IMG/VR virus record: IMGVR_UViG_2889436542_000005
Location: 509 to 64,508 of that record
DNA: 64,000 bases
From: a virus
Taxonomy: Duplodnaviria; Caudoviricetes
Reading direction: 5' to 3' (one strand)
Numbering within the stretch: the stretch's first letter is position 1; every line of letters begins with the position of its first letter. Under the pieces are notes generated by a model. The model was not told the origin of the DNA. It did not search any database and saw nothing but the letters and a program-made list of their open reading frames with translations. Of this stretch, positions 10,243 to 18,846 are shown in pieces. A program made the position numbers and the translations under genes.

Positions 10243-11251
10243 GTTCTTCTAAGTTCTTTAACCAAACCTTGGCTATGCTTTCTCGAAGTTTGTAATACAG
10301 GCAGTCCGCATCATGTGTATTTGATGTATAACAGCCACCGCCGCAGGAGGCATAGGTTTCGCAGTTCTGGCACTCTTTTGTATTTGAAAATTTAGCCAGA
10401 TTGAACGAGATGGGTTTGATTGGGATATAAGGTTTAAAAATGTTGCCCGTAATGTTTGTCGGGCTATTGTTATGGTGGCAATTGTATGTGTTGCCGAACA
10501 GGTCTACAGAAAGAATTCTATCGTTAACGCATGGATTCGGCTTTCTCCCCTTGTAATTCAGTTCCTTTTGATAGCGATACAAAAAATGAGCAATGACAGT
10601 CTTGCAGAAGAGGTCTTGCTCGAAATTGGCCAGTTCATAAATTCCCATCATCGCTTGAAAGTAAGCAATGACATCTTCGTGTGTCATCCAATAGTTAGAA
10701 TGACATCCATTGTTCGCTTTGATCATGTCAAAGCCAATTGGTGGTCTTTTCCCGATTAGCTCACAAATACGCTCATAATCATCTTTCAGAAGCAGAGGGC
10801 TGACTCTTTTGTGATGAATGAGCGCTTCAATCGAAAAGTTTTCAAGTCTCCCGATTATCTTCCACTGCTCTGGACTAATGTCTCCGTCATGGAAAGAGAC
10901 GACGGTGAAGATGTCGGGATGCTGATTGCAGAAATCGACATATTCATCTGTAATCAGCGTTCCGTTTGTAGTAATTCGATTTCTTTTTGCCTGAATGACA
11001 GGCTGAAGTTCTTCATAAACTGCTTTAATGATTTTCCAATAAAGCATCGGCTCCCCACCCCAGTAATGAAGCGAAGTGATCTTCGTATTTGTTCTGTCAA
11101 GGTAGGACAGGAATTGCGAGGCGAACCCTTTCGAATCGCCTTTTTTATTCATCTTCTCGCCCTCTTCTTGCTGAAGACAGTAGCCGCAACGCAGATTGCA
11201 AGCCGAGCCGAAAAGCAGATTTACGGATTTGAAAGAACTTTGATTTTGCAT
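10208..11251 (-). CDS. Radical SAM/SPASM-domain protein 1
   Basis: CNLRCGYC (CxxxCxxC), WGGEPML, C-terminal C...VDLFGNTYNC...CQNCETYASCGGGC...C. Confidence 0.92.
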   Translation of the reverse strand: MQNQSSFKSVNLLFGSACNLRCGYCLQQEEGEKMNKKGDSKGFASQFLSYLDRTNTKITSLHYWGGEPMLYWKIIKAVYEELQPVIQAKRNRITTNGTLITDEYVDFCNQHPDIFTVVSFHDGDISPEQWKIIGRLENFSIEALIHHKRVSPLLLKDDYERICELIGKRPPIGFDMIKANNGCHSNYWMTHEDVIAYFQAMMGIYELANFEQDLFCKTVIAHFLYRYQKELNYKGRKPNPCVNDRILSVDLFGNTYNCHHNNSPTNITGNIFKPYIPIKPISFNLAKFSNTKECQNCETYASCGGGCYTSNTHDADCLYYKLRESIAKVWLKNLEEHERIRKLRPNL

Positions 11252-12135
11252 TCAGCTTTGTCCGAATACCATTTTGTGTTTAATTTGATTCTCATAACGT
11301 CGCCGTCAACCAAGTCAAGCGCCCTGACTTTGAACTTGCCTTTGCCGTCACGAATCTTGACTCGTTTGTGAGGAGCGTACCCATCTACCGCTTCAATTAT
11401 TAAGCCGTCCCAGTCCACGCCGCCAATCTTTTTATCTGTATTGCCTTGATAAAACTGGACTTCGATTTCTACAAGCTCATTGGGCTTGCAGTGATCGGGC
11501 GCTGTCATTCTCGGGAGAATGTTTAAGTAGCGTGAAGCACCGACTTTTTCATTGACGAACTCAGAAGGGGTTGTGTTGTCATCAACTCTGAGATTGGTAA
11601 TCATCTTGCCGTTTGGCTTTGTAGAAAACGACATGGCGCATTCGTCAACGTTGTCTCTCTTGTCTCGGCAAAAGATTTGACCAAGGGTTGTTCGGCCCAT
11701 AGAAATTGCCTGATAGGCCGAACGGTAGCGTGAAATGTAAGATTCTTTCTGAGTATCAATTAGAGACAAAATACCTTCGTTCTTTTTGACAACAAAAGCA
11801 ATGTTCCCCATTGGAACAAATGATTTGCGAATGAGCGACTCTTCTTTGTCAAAAATCTCTTCGAGCAAGATGAAGTATCTTTCGCCGTCAATTTCAAAAG
11901 AAAAATTGACATTGACTCTATTGAGTGACGCATTGTTGGTTGCGAGTTTCAGCGTGGAATGCAAAAGATTAATTCCATTTGCTGGCGTGCGCATAACCTT
12001 TTCCTCGATTTCTTCTGAAAGCGTCGAGACTTTTTCAAGAACACGCATTGCTAAGCGTGTTTTGTCAGCCGCATAATTCGTGACGTCATATGGAAATTTA
12101 TGACTGATAATGTGTCTTCTTGGTCTTTGTTCCAC
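11221..12135 (-). CDS. Hypothetical protein between the Cys-tailed fibre and radical SAM 1; beta-rich C-terminus
   Basis: Likely GTG start at 12135 preceded by GGAG; overlaps the radical SAM start. Confidence 0.75.
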   Translation of the reverse strand: MEQRPRRHIISHKFPYDVTNYAADKTRLAMRVLEKVSTLSEEIEEKVMRTPANGINLLHSTLKLATNNASLNRVNVNFSFEIDGERYFILLEEIFDKEESLIRKSFVPMGNIAFVVKKNEGILSLIDTQKESYISRYRSAYQAISMGRTTLGQIFCRDKRDNVDECAMSFSTKPNGKMITNLRVDDNTTPSEFVNEKVGASRYLNILPRMTAPDHCKPNELVEIEVQFYQGNTDKKIGGVDWDGLIIEAVDGYAPHKRVKIRDGKGKFKVRALDLVDGDVMRIKLNTKWYSDKAECKIKVLSNP

Positions 12136-12137
12136 TT

Positions 12138-13367
12138 TTATTCTCCACAATTGTCGTCATTGCAATCACAATCACAGCGACAATCACAATTACAGTTGGC
12201 TTTGTATCTTTCTCTTATTACTTGATGAGAATGCGAGGCTTTAACCAGCGCTTTAAGAATTGTGTTGATGTTGTAGTTCCCGTTTCCTGTCAGCTCTGGA
12301 AGGGTATCAACTGTTAAAAAAGTACGATGCAAAGTCAGATCGCCTGAGCCGCCTGAGTCAGTAAAAACGTCATACGTGTCATCAAAGGTGTCGACCTTGC
12401 ACCTATGAAATTTCGTCGTCGTCTGTCTCGGAGTTGTGTAAACGTTGTAGTCCAAGCCGTCAACGTTGGAAATTTTTGACGTCTGAGAATTCGAGTGCGA
12501 AACCTGGAGGTTGTTAACCTTTCCGTCACCAGCAATTTTCACCAACTCGCTAGCTCTGAAGCCACCAATCATTTCAGCATTCAGATTTTTATTCAGTGTG
12601 CCGTTATTGACCGCCAACTGTCCCGAGCCATTGCCAGCGTGGATACCGTCAACCATATCAGCGTTTAGATTGCTGTTAACCGTTCCGTTGTTAATCGAAA
12701 CTTGATTACTGCCGTTTCCTGCATGTAGCCCATCAACCATGTCGGCATTCAATCTTGTGTTGAGCACGCCATTGTTGATAGCAATCTGACCAGAATCGTT
12801 TCCTGGCTTATATCCACTAACTTTCTCAGCGTTCATACCTTTGATGACTTCGCCTGATGTGGAACCTGAGAAAATTCTGCCCCACGGAGTCCAGTCGCCG
12901 CCGATTTCAGTTCTAACCATGATGATGTCATGATTGAAACTGAACGCTAGCTGAGTTGCCCAACCGTCAGAATTACCATGTCTGAATTGTAGAACTCGCC
13001 ACTGCTTATCGCCTTCAGGGGCATTAAGCATGTTTGTCCCTTCATAGAAGCCAGTAGGCATCTTCTGCCAAAGATTCAAGTCCTTGGCGTCATAGTTTAT
13101 TGCGTTGCCTGCGCCACCTTCAATATGTCGGAACTCGCCATTCAGATCAGCGATCAGCTTCCATCCGTTCTTTAAATCATTGATGTCTATCAGCTGATAA
13201 AGTTTCTTTTCGTCAGTTCTGAAACAAAGCATTCCGTCAAAAACATTTGTAGTCGGGAATGTCGTACCAGAGTTACAAGAAATTGCTGTTTTGTCGTTGT
13301 TTAGAAGCGGCTGAAGAGAGTCTCGAATCTTTTCCGAACTCGGAATCTCTGTATATCGTTGAACCAT
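12138..13367 (-). CDS. Tail-fibre-like protein: anchor domain, pyocin-knob-like domain, 28-aa repeats, HxH, Cys-rich C-terminus
   Basis: N-terminus similar to 29155..29583; TGFY...NAP...WRVL...ATQLAFS...MVRT...WTPW knob signature; NADMVDGLHA repeats; ends NCNCDCRCDCDCNDDNCGE. Confidence 0.8.
   Translation of the reverse strand: MVQRYTEIPSSEKIRDSLQPLLNNDKTAISCNSGTTFPTTNVFDGMLCFRTDEKKLYQLIDINDLKNGWKLIADLNGEFRHIEGGAGNAINYDAKDLNLWQKMPTGFYEGTNMLNAPEGDKQWRVLQFRHGNSDGWATQLAFSFNHDIIMVRTEIGGDWTPWGRIFSGSTSGEVIKGMNAEKVSGYKPGNDSGQIAINNGVLNTRLNADMVDGLHAGNGSNQVSINNGTVNSNLNADMVDGIHAGNGSGQLAVNNGTLNKNLNAEMIGGFRASELVKIAGDGKVNNLQVSHSNSQTSKISNVDGLDYNVYTTPRQTTTKFHRCKVDTFDDTYDVFTDSGGSGDLTLHRTFLTVDTLPELTGNGNYNINTILKALVKASHSHQVIRERYKANCNCDCRCDCDCNDDNCGE
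12561..12833 (-). repeat. Three and a partial tandem 84-bp (28-aa) fibre shaft repeats
   Basis: NAEKVSG.../NADMVDGLHAGNGSNQVSINNGTVNSNL/NADMVDGIHAGNGSGQLAVNNGTLNKNL/NAEMIGG. Confidence 0.9.
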
Positions 13368-13376
13368 TTATTGTCC

Positions 13377-14216
13377 TCATGTAATTTGATGCTTGGGAAC
13401 CCAGAGTTTTTCTGTTGCCGTTGCAACCGTTCCTGCAAATGCCGATACTCTTTGTCCCATGATTGCAATGCAATCAAATCTGTCTAGCGGCATATTTGAT
13501 TCAGAAATAAAAACTGGAAGAGTCTGTTGTTCGCACCAGTCATAAAAATCTTCATAGTCAAACTTTTTCCGTTCACCGTCGTCACCTTTGTAAAGCTCCG
13601 AACGTGAATAAGGAATGTCGCAATAAATAACTCCTTGTTCAGTCAGAGGCACTTCTTTGTAATCACAGCTGTAGATTTTCAGTTTTGAAGAATCAAGAGC
13701 AATATTGCTGACGCCGCTATAACGAGCAATTCTTCCAACAACTGGATTTCTAATCATGTTGTCGATTAGATCGGGGTTCTTTTTCAAAACCCTTGCCAGC
13801 TTTCTGAAATACGAAAAGCGTTCTTCTGGAGTTTCGCAGACAATTGTTTTGTGCAAAATCTCATAGGGTTCTTCAAGGTCTTTGGCCACGAAGTAGCTTC
13901 TTTTGTTGCTGTTGAAGCTCCAGACCGAAGCGATGAAAGCGTCTTTGTTTTTCAGCGCATTGAATTGTTGAAGCCCAACCCAGTCATAAGCGTTTTTGTA
14001 CTTCCCTTCCAGTGCGTTTTTGAAAAGCTGAGACTGAGCGGTATTGATGTCATTCATCACAAACAAATCCCATTTGCCGCTTCGCATTGCGCTATGAGTT
14101 ACCGCCCCGCCACCACAGAAGAGGTCGTAAAACACGCCCCCAGAGGGGAGTTTGCTGATGATTTTTTCAGCAAACTTGCTTTTGGAACCTCTGTAAGGAA
14201 GACCGTAATTTGTCAT
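13377..14216 (-). CDS. DNA adenine methyltransferase (Dam/D12-like)
   Basis: LPYRGSK, YDLFCGGGAV (SAM binding), YCDIPY (DPPY-type); likely start 14216 by ATGA overlap. Confidence 0.88.
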   Translation of the reverse strand: MTNYGLPYRGSKSKFAEKIISKLPSGGVFYDLFCGGGAVTHSAMRSGKWDLFVMNDINTAQSQLFKNALEGKYKNAYDWVGLQQFNALKNKDAFIASVWSFNSNKRSYFVAKDLEEPYEILHKTIVCETPEERFSYFRKLARVLKKNPDLIDNMIRNPVVGRIARYSGVSNIALDSSKLKIYSCDYKEVPLTEQGVIYCDIPYSRSELYKGDDGERKKFDYEDFYDWCEQQTLPVFISESNMPLDRFDCIAIMGQRVSAFAGTVATATEKLWVPKHQIT

Positions 14217-14395
14217 TCGTCTTTTTTCTTCAGGCCGCACTTGTCTTCTGTAAAGTACTTGCGTTCATGAAATTCGCCCTTCTTACCGATGTTGTAAGAA
14301 GAAACAGGTCGGTGATAACCCATGACTCTCGACCACACTTCGCACGGCTGACGTTCTTCGTCTTTCAGTTCAATTTCTTCTTTTTCGTTATTCAT
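14213..14395 (-). CDS. Stand-alone NrdD C-terminal glycyl-radical domain
   Basis: 60 aa with CEVWSRVMGYHRPV (RVxGY glycyl-radical motif). Confidence 0.88.
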   Translation of the reverse strand: MNNEKEEIELKDEERQPCEVWSRVMGYHRPVSSYNIGKKGEFHERKYFTEDKCGLKKKDE

Positions 14396-14403
14396 TTTTT
14401 CTC

Positions 14404-14511
14404 CTATTTAAAAGCCGCAAGTATTAAAAGCACACATCCGCAAAACTGCACACTGTCGCTTCCAAACATAATCAGAAGCAGACCAATAAAAGCAATATCA
14501 AGAGGGTGCAT
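14404..14511 (-). CDS. Small hydrophobic protein (35 aa), not in the ORF track
   Basis: Manual translation MHPLDIAFIGLLLIMFGSDSVQFCGCVLLILAAFK*, filling most of the gap between the nrdD parts. Confidence 0.5.
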   Translation of the reverse strand: MHPLDIAFIGLLLIMFGSDSVQFCGCVLLILAAFK

Positions 14512-14565
14512 TTTGTTTGTTACCAGCCCCAACCTTCTTGTCGGAACCAGTCGTCATAACCTTCA

Positions 14566-16992
14566 TTAAGCATTTTCTTTCTCCCTCTGTTTCATCTTTT
14601 TGGTGATTAGCTCCGCATCACATTTGGGACAAAACTCATGTGCACCAGCGATGTAGCCATGCTTAGGGCAAATTGAGAATGTCGGTGTAATGGTGATGTA
14701 CGGAAGCTGATAGTGAGAGAATGTCTTCTTCACAATGTCTCTTGCCGCTTTCCAAGACGAAACTCTTTCTCCCATGTAAAGGTGAAGTACAGTTCCTCCA
14801 AGATAAAGTCTCTGCAAGTCTTCCTGATGGTCTAAAGCATCAAACGGGTCGTCAGTAAAACCAACGGGCAACTGTGTTGAGTTGGTGTAGTAACGCTCGC
14901 CTTCTGCTCCAGCTTGAATGATATTTGGGAAGCGTTTTCTGTCTTCTCTTGCAAAACGAGTAGCGGTGCCTTCGGCAGGTGTCGCTTCGCTGTTATAGAG
15001 ATTGCCCGTTTCTTCCTGATACTGCTGAATGCGCTTATTCAGGTGCTGTAAAAGCTCTACCGCCATAGTGTGGCCCTGTACGCTTGTAATGTCATATTCG
15101 TCACCAGAAAAGTTTCTAATCATTTCATTGACGCCGTTAACGCCAATAGTCGAGAAGAAATTTTTGAAGCCGCCGAGATAACGATTGGTATACGGGTAAA
15201 GCCCCTCTTTCATCAGACGAGTAATCGTTTTGCGCTTTAATTCAAGACTTGTTTTAGCAAGGTCGCAGAGGTAATCAAAACGCTTTAAAAGCCCTTCCCA
15301 ATCGTTTTTGAAGCAATAACCAAGACGAGCACAATTGATCGTTACAACCCCGATAGAGCCTGTCTGCTCAGCGGAACCAAAAAGACCATTTCCTCTATGC
15401 AGAAGCTCTGTCAAATCAAGGCGGAGACGGCAATTATGAGTTACCAAACCGTTCGCAAGTGTGAAAAGATGTTCTTCGTTCTCAACTTCAAAACAGTAAA
15501 GGTCGTCCCTTTCTTCACCTTCCTGAATATCAATGATTCTTGTGTAATCGAGACAAGAATCGTCTTTTGGCAGTTTCATTCCGCAAGCTAGATCTGAGCC
15601 AGCAAGCGTAACGACCTTTCCGTCAATAATCACGGGCTGAAGGTGATGAACCCCCATTTCCACATATTCGGCATTAGAGCAGAAAATCTTTCTAGTCTTT
15701 TGCTTTGTAGCTCTAACTAATTTTGCTCTGTGCCATTCGTTTTTATAGAGAACTTCAATTTTGTCTTTAATGCCCGACAATTTGCCAATATCAACAGTGC
15801 ATTCCAAGACCTCGCCGATTCTTACCCTAAGCTTGGTAGTGGGAGCCAGCGGGCACATAGAACGAATCATGTGCGGGTCAAGGTCAGAGTTCATGAAATT
15901 CTGAAAGTACGGAAGGCCATACTTAGCTGTCATTTCAAACATAAGTTTGGAGTTTTCGGAGTCCCAATCGAAATCATCCGTGATGTTGTAAGTTGGGATT
16001 GGGAAAGTGAAGACTCGCCCTTGCGCATCGCCCTCTGTCATGACTTCGATATAGGCACGATTAATCATGTCCATTTCTTTTTGAAGTTCGCCATATGTGA
16101 AATCAACTTCTTCTCCGCCAATAATCGGATGCTGTTCTTTCAGATCGTCAGGACAATGAATATCGAAAGTCAAATTGGTGAATGGAGTTTGTGTGCCCCA
16201 TCGACTTGGAACATTCAAGTTGAAAATGAATTCCTGAATGTTCTGCTTGACTTCTTCATAGGGAAGATTGTCAAGACGAACGAACGGAGCTAAGTAAGTG
16301 TCAAAGGAGCTGAAAGCCTGGGCACCTGCCCATTCATTCTGAAGCGTGCCGAGAAAATTCACTGCTTGAGATAGAGCAGAACTTAAATGCTTCGGCGGAT
16401 TACTTGATACTTTGTTCGGCACACCATTGAAGCCCTCATTAAGCAGTGCTCTTAGCGAGTGGCCACAACAGTAACCAGACAACATGTCCAAGTCATGAAT
16501 GTGGAAGTCTCCATTTCGATGAGCAAGTCCAACTTCTTTCGGGTAAACCGAACTTAACCAGTAGTTAGCGACTACCTTTCCGCTGACGTTCAGAATCATT
16601 CCGCCAAGGGAATAACCTTGGTTAGCATTGGCTTTAACTCGCCAATCGTCCTGATTGATGTATTCGTTGATAGAGCTTTCGACATCTACAGCGACTTTCT
16701 TCGTTTCACGAGCTTTAGTATGTTCGTGACGATAAATTGCATAAGCCTTGTAGGTGCTTTCGAACGAAGAATTGAAAAGCGCCTTTTCTACAATATCTTG
16801 TACTTCTTCTACAGAAATTGTTCTGCCCTTGTGGGCGTTGATTGCGGGAATGACCATTTGACGAACAATTTCATTTGCAACCATTGTTCCAAACTCATTG
16901 GTTGCAACGCCCGCTTTAGCAACGGCCTCACTAATCTTTGCGGGATTGAACGGCTCAATTGAACCGTCTCTTTTAATGATGGAAGTTATCAT
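14566..16992 (-). CDS. nrdD: Anaerobic (class III) ribonucleotide reductase large part, ATP cone, intein-containing, lacking the Gly-radical motif
   Basis: ATP cone IIKRDGS; NEWAGAQAFSSFD; SMC/CRL active loop; EATPAEG; ends CPKHG...CPKC with no RVxGY. Confidence 0.93.
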   Translation of the reverse strand: MITSIIKRDGSIEPFNPAKISEAVAKAGVATNEFGTMVANEIVRQMVIPAINAHKGRTISVEEVQDIVEKALFNSSFESTYKAYAIYRHEHTKARETKKVAVDVESSINEYINQDDWRVKANANQGYSLGGMILNVSGKVVANYWLSSVYPKEVGLAHRNGDFHIHDLDMLSGYCCGHSLRALLNEGFNGVPNKVSSNPPKHLSSALSQAVNFLGTLQNEWAGAQAFSSFDTYLAPFVRLDNLPYEEVKQNIQEFIFNLNVPSRWGTQTPFTNLTFDIHCPDDLKEQHPIIGGEEVDFTYGELQKEMDMINRAYIEVMTEGDAQGRVFTFPIPTYNITDDFDWDSENSKLMFEMTAKYGLPYFQNFMNSDLDPHMIRSMCPLAPTTKLRVRIGEVLECTVDIGKLSGIKDKIEVLYKNEWHRAKLVRATKQKTRKIFCSNAEYVEMGVHHLQPVIIDGKVVTLAGSDLACGMKLPKDDSCLDYTRIIDIQEGEERDDLYCFEVENEEHLFTLANGLVTHNCRLRLDLTELLHRGNGLFGSAEQTGSIGVVTINCARLGYCFKNDWEGLLKRFDYLCDLAKTSLELKRKTITRLMKEGLYPYTNRYLGGFKNFFSTIGVNGVNEMIRNFSGDEYDITSVQGHTMAVELLQHLNKRIQQYQEETGNLYNSEATPAEGTATRFAREDRKRFPNIIQAGAEGERYYTNSTQLPVGFTDDPFDALDHQEDLQRLYLGGTVLHLYMGERVSSWKAARDIVKKTFSHYQLPYITITPTFSICPKHGYIAGAHEFCPKCDAELITKKMKQREKENA
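15433..15852 (-). mobile_element. Mini-intein (140 aa), class-3-like Pro1, in NrdD
   Basis: RSMC|PLAPTTKL...DLYCFEV...NGLVTHN|CRL; excision restores SMCCRL. Confidence 0.85.
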
Positions 16993-18242
16993 AAGGATTC
17001 GAAGTTTTCTATTTTTTGAATATCAGCCTGGAAAAGCAAAAACCATGCTGTTTTGAAAATTGCTAAATGAAAAATGTTGTCGTTTATGCAGTTTTCGTCG
17101 TTTTGTAACGGACAGCCTCCTTTACAAAACTGAACAACGACACAATCTTTACAACCGATATCTTTGTGTTTCCAATGTCTGAACTGCGCTGAGAGGATGT
17201 TGTCATAATTCGACAATTCACCAATCTTGTGAGTTGCATGTGAATAGTTCTGACAGGAAATCACATTGCCCTTTAAATCAACCACAAGCACGTCTGAGTT
17301 CGGTGCTTCACAACGGGCACGAACCATTGAAATCGGTCTCTTGGTTGCGAGCGCCCTCAAAACCTTATTCACTGAGTCCGTGATGCTCTTAAATTGTTCT
17401 TGGTGATAAAGCAAGATGTATTTAATGTGGATTTCGAGAGTCTCTGCGTCTTTCTCAGAAAGAATGTCGCAGGGCGTCGAAGGCTGTACGATACCTTCAA
17501 AGCCAAAATTCGTTTCTGGCGAAAAGTGCCTTTGGAAGTAGTCGTAGACTCTCAGCAAATCACAATTAGCTCTCGTGATTACCACATTGAAGCCGAAACT
17601 TAAACCTGCTTCTCTGAACTTTTGATTTGCATAAAGCCACACGTTTTTAATTCTTGTGACGGTTAGCGGGTCCACCAAATCTCTCAAGCAATAGCCTTGA
17701 GCATCATGTGAGACAGCAAGAGATACACGGTGTTCGATGAACCAATCAACAAGTTCATAAGTCAAAAGAGTCCCGTTTGTGATGATATGCATCTCTGTTT
17801 CGGGATACATATCTCTCAAAGCAGGAATAAGCTTCTTGAGCGTTTTAAGGTAGACAAGGGGTTCGCCGCCCCAAAACTCAATTCGCCCGCCAGGTTTAAT
17901 TGAAAGTTCTTCTCGGCAGAGAGAAGCAATGAATGACTCGGCGTCACCCAAAGAATCGCTCTTAGATAGATGCCTAGACTCGGCTTGGGCACAATAGGAG
18001 CAATTAAAGTTGCATTTCAAACCTAGCTGTATTTTGAGTTTTGACAAACTCCTTGTCTTTTTGATCGGGAATAATGCTCTGTCACAAGTTTTATACGGTT
18101 TTTTTTCAATACCCGTCAATGCGGCGACATCGACTTCCTTAAGTTGGGCATCAAATATCTCGTTGGTTTCATTGTTGTAGTAGTGGACAATTTCAGTCTT
18201 GTCAAACGCCGACAAACTTGTGATTTTTAGAAGCATCGTCAA
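16989..18242 (-). CDS. Radical SAM/SPASM-domain protein 2
   Basis: CNFNCSYC, FWGGEPLV, C-terminal C...VDLKGNVISC...CKDCVVVQFCKGGC...C; ATGA-coupled to nrdD. Confidence 0.92.
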   Translation of the reverse strand: MTMLLKITSLSAFDKTEIVHYYNNETNEIFDAQLKEVDVAALTGIEKKPYKTCDRALFPIKKTRSLSKLKIQLGLKCNFNCSYCAQAESRHLSKSDSLGDAESFIASLCREELSIKPGGRIEFWGGEPLVYLKTLKKLIPALRDMYPETEMHIITNGTLLTYELVDWFIEHRVSLAVSHDAQGYCLRDLVDPLTVTRIKNVWLYANQKFREAGLSFGFNVVITRANCDLLRVYDYFQRHFSPETNFGFEGIVQPSTPCDILSEKDAETLEIHIKYILLYHQEQFKSITDSVNKVLRALATKRPISMVRARCEAPNSDVLVVDLKGNVISCQNYSHATHKIGELSNYDNILSAQFRHWKHKDIGCKDCVVVQFCKGGCPLQNDENCINDNIFHLAIFKTAWFLLFQADIQKIENFESL

Positions 18243-18251
18243 TCTTATTTA

Positions 18252-18297
18252 TAAGTAATCGTTTACTTAATTATAAAGATTGTCTGCCATACGTCAA
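18252..18297 (-). promoter_or_regulatory. Sigma70-type promoter with operator copy 3
   Basis: TTGACG (18297-18292)-N16-TATAAT (18275-18270), directly followed by the perfect palindrome at 18252-18269. Confidence 0.8.
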
Positions 18298-18325
18298 GTC
18301 AAAAATATTAGGAAATCGCATTTCT

Positions 18326-18673
18326 TTATTGATTCGGGAAGAGAAGTTGTGAGTATTCCGAGATGCTCTTGTGAGTCGAAGCGATCTCAATAAAAAGCTC
18401 CCCAAGAGCGTCTTTGTTCACAAGCAATGGTAAGTTGTTATTTTCGGCCAAATCAAGATAAGCAGACAAAGCCGTTCTTTTGTTCCCGTCTAAAAAGAAA
18501 TGTCCCTTGATTAAACTAACAACAATGCTTGTGACCTGCTCCTCGGGCGTTTCGTAATAAAAATAACTACTCAAACACCCTTTAACTTTTCCCTTTCTCT
18601 CTTCGGTACAAGGCTGATGAGTAAGTATTTCGTTAATCTGTATTAAAGACTCAATGGTGATTGGTTGAATCAT
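18326..18673 (-). CDS. doc: Fic/Doc family toxin
   Basis: HFFLDGNKRTA Fic motif; 115 aa. Confidence 0.88.
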   Translation of the reverse strand: MIQPITIESLIQINEILTHQPCTEERKGKVKGCLSSYFYYETPEEQVTSIVVSLIKGHFFLDGNKRTALSAYLDLAENNNLPLLVNKDALGELFIEIASTHKSISEYSQLLFPNQ

Positions 18674-18846
18674 TTGTCTTTAAGAAAGTCAAAAACCTTG
18701 CGATACTCAGAATAGTTTTTTTTGAATCGCTTCATGGTTTCTTGTGTCGAGCCTTGTTTCAAGAGTTCCCTCTGAGTCTTGCGGCTTTCAGATTTTTCAA
18801 TAATCTTGGTCATAATCTTCAAGTGGTTCAGAATATCATCTATCAC
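18670..18846 (-). CDS. Putative antitoxin of the Doc-type toxin (47-58 aa), not in the ORF track
   Basis: Manual translation (V...)MTKIIEKS...KKNYSEYRKVFDFLKDK*; ATGA overlap with doc; alternative start at 18813. Confidence 0.65.
   Translation of the reverse strand: MIDDILNHLKIMTKIIEKSESRKTQRELLKQGSTQETMKRFKKNYSEYRKVFDFLKDK

Noticed and set aside
16989-18242. Calling this gene nrdG
   Set aside because: Too long, carries a SPASM domain, and resembles the other radical SAM rather than an activase.
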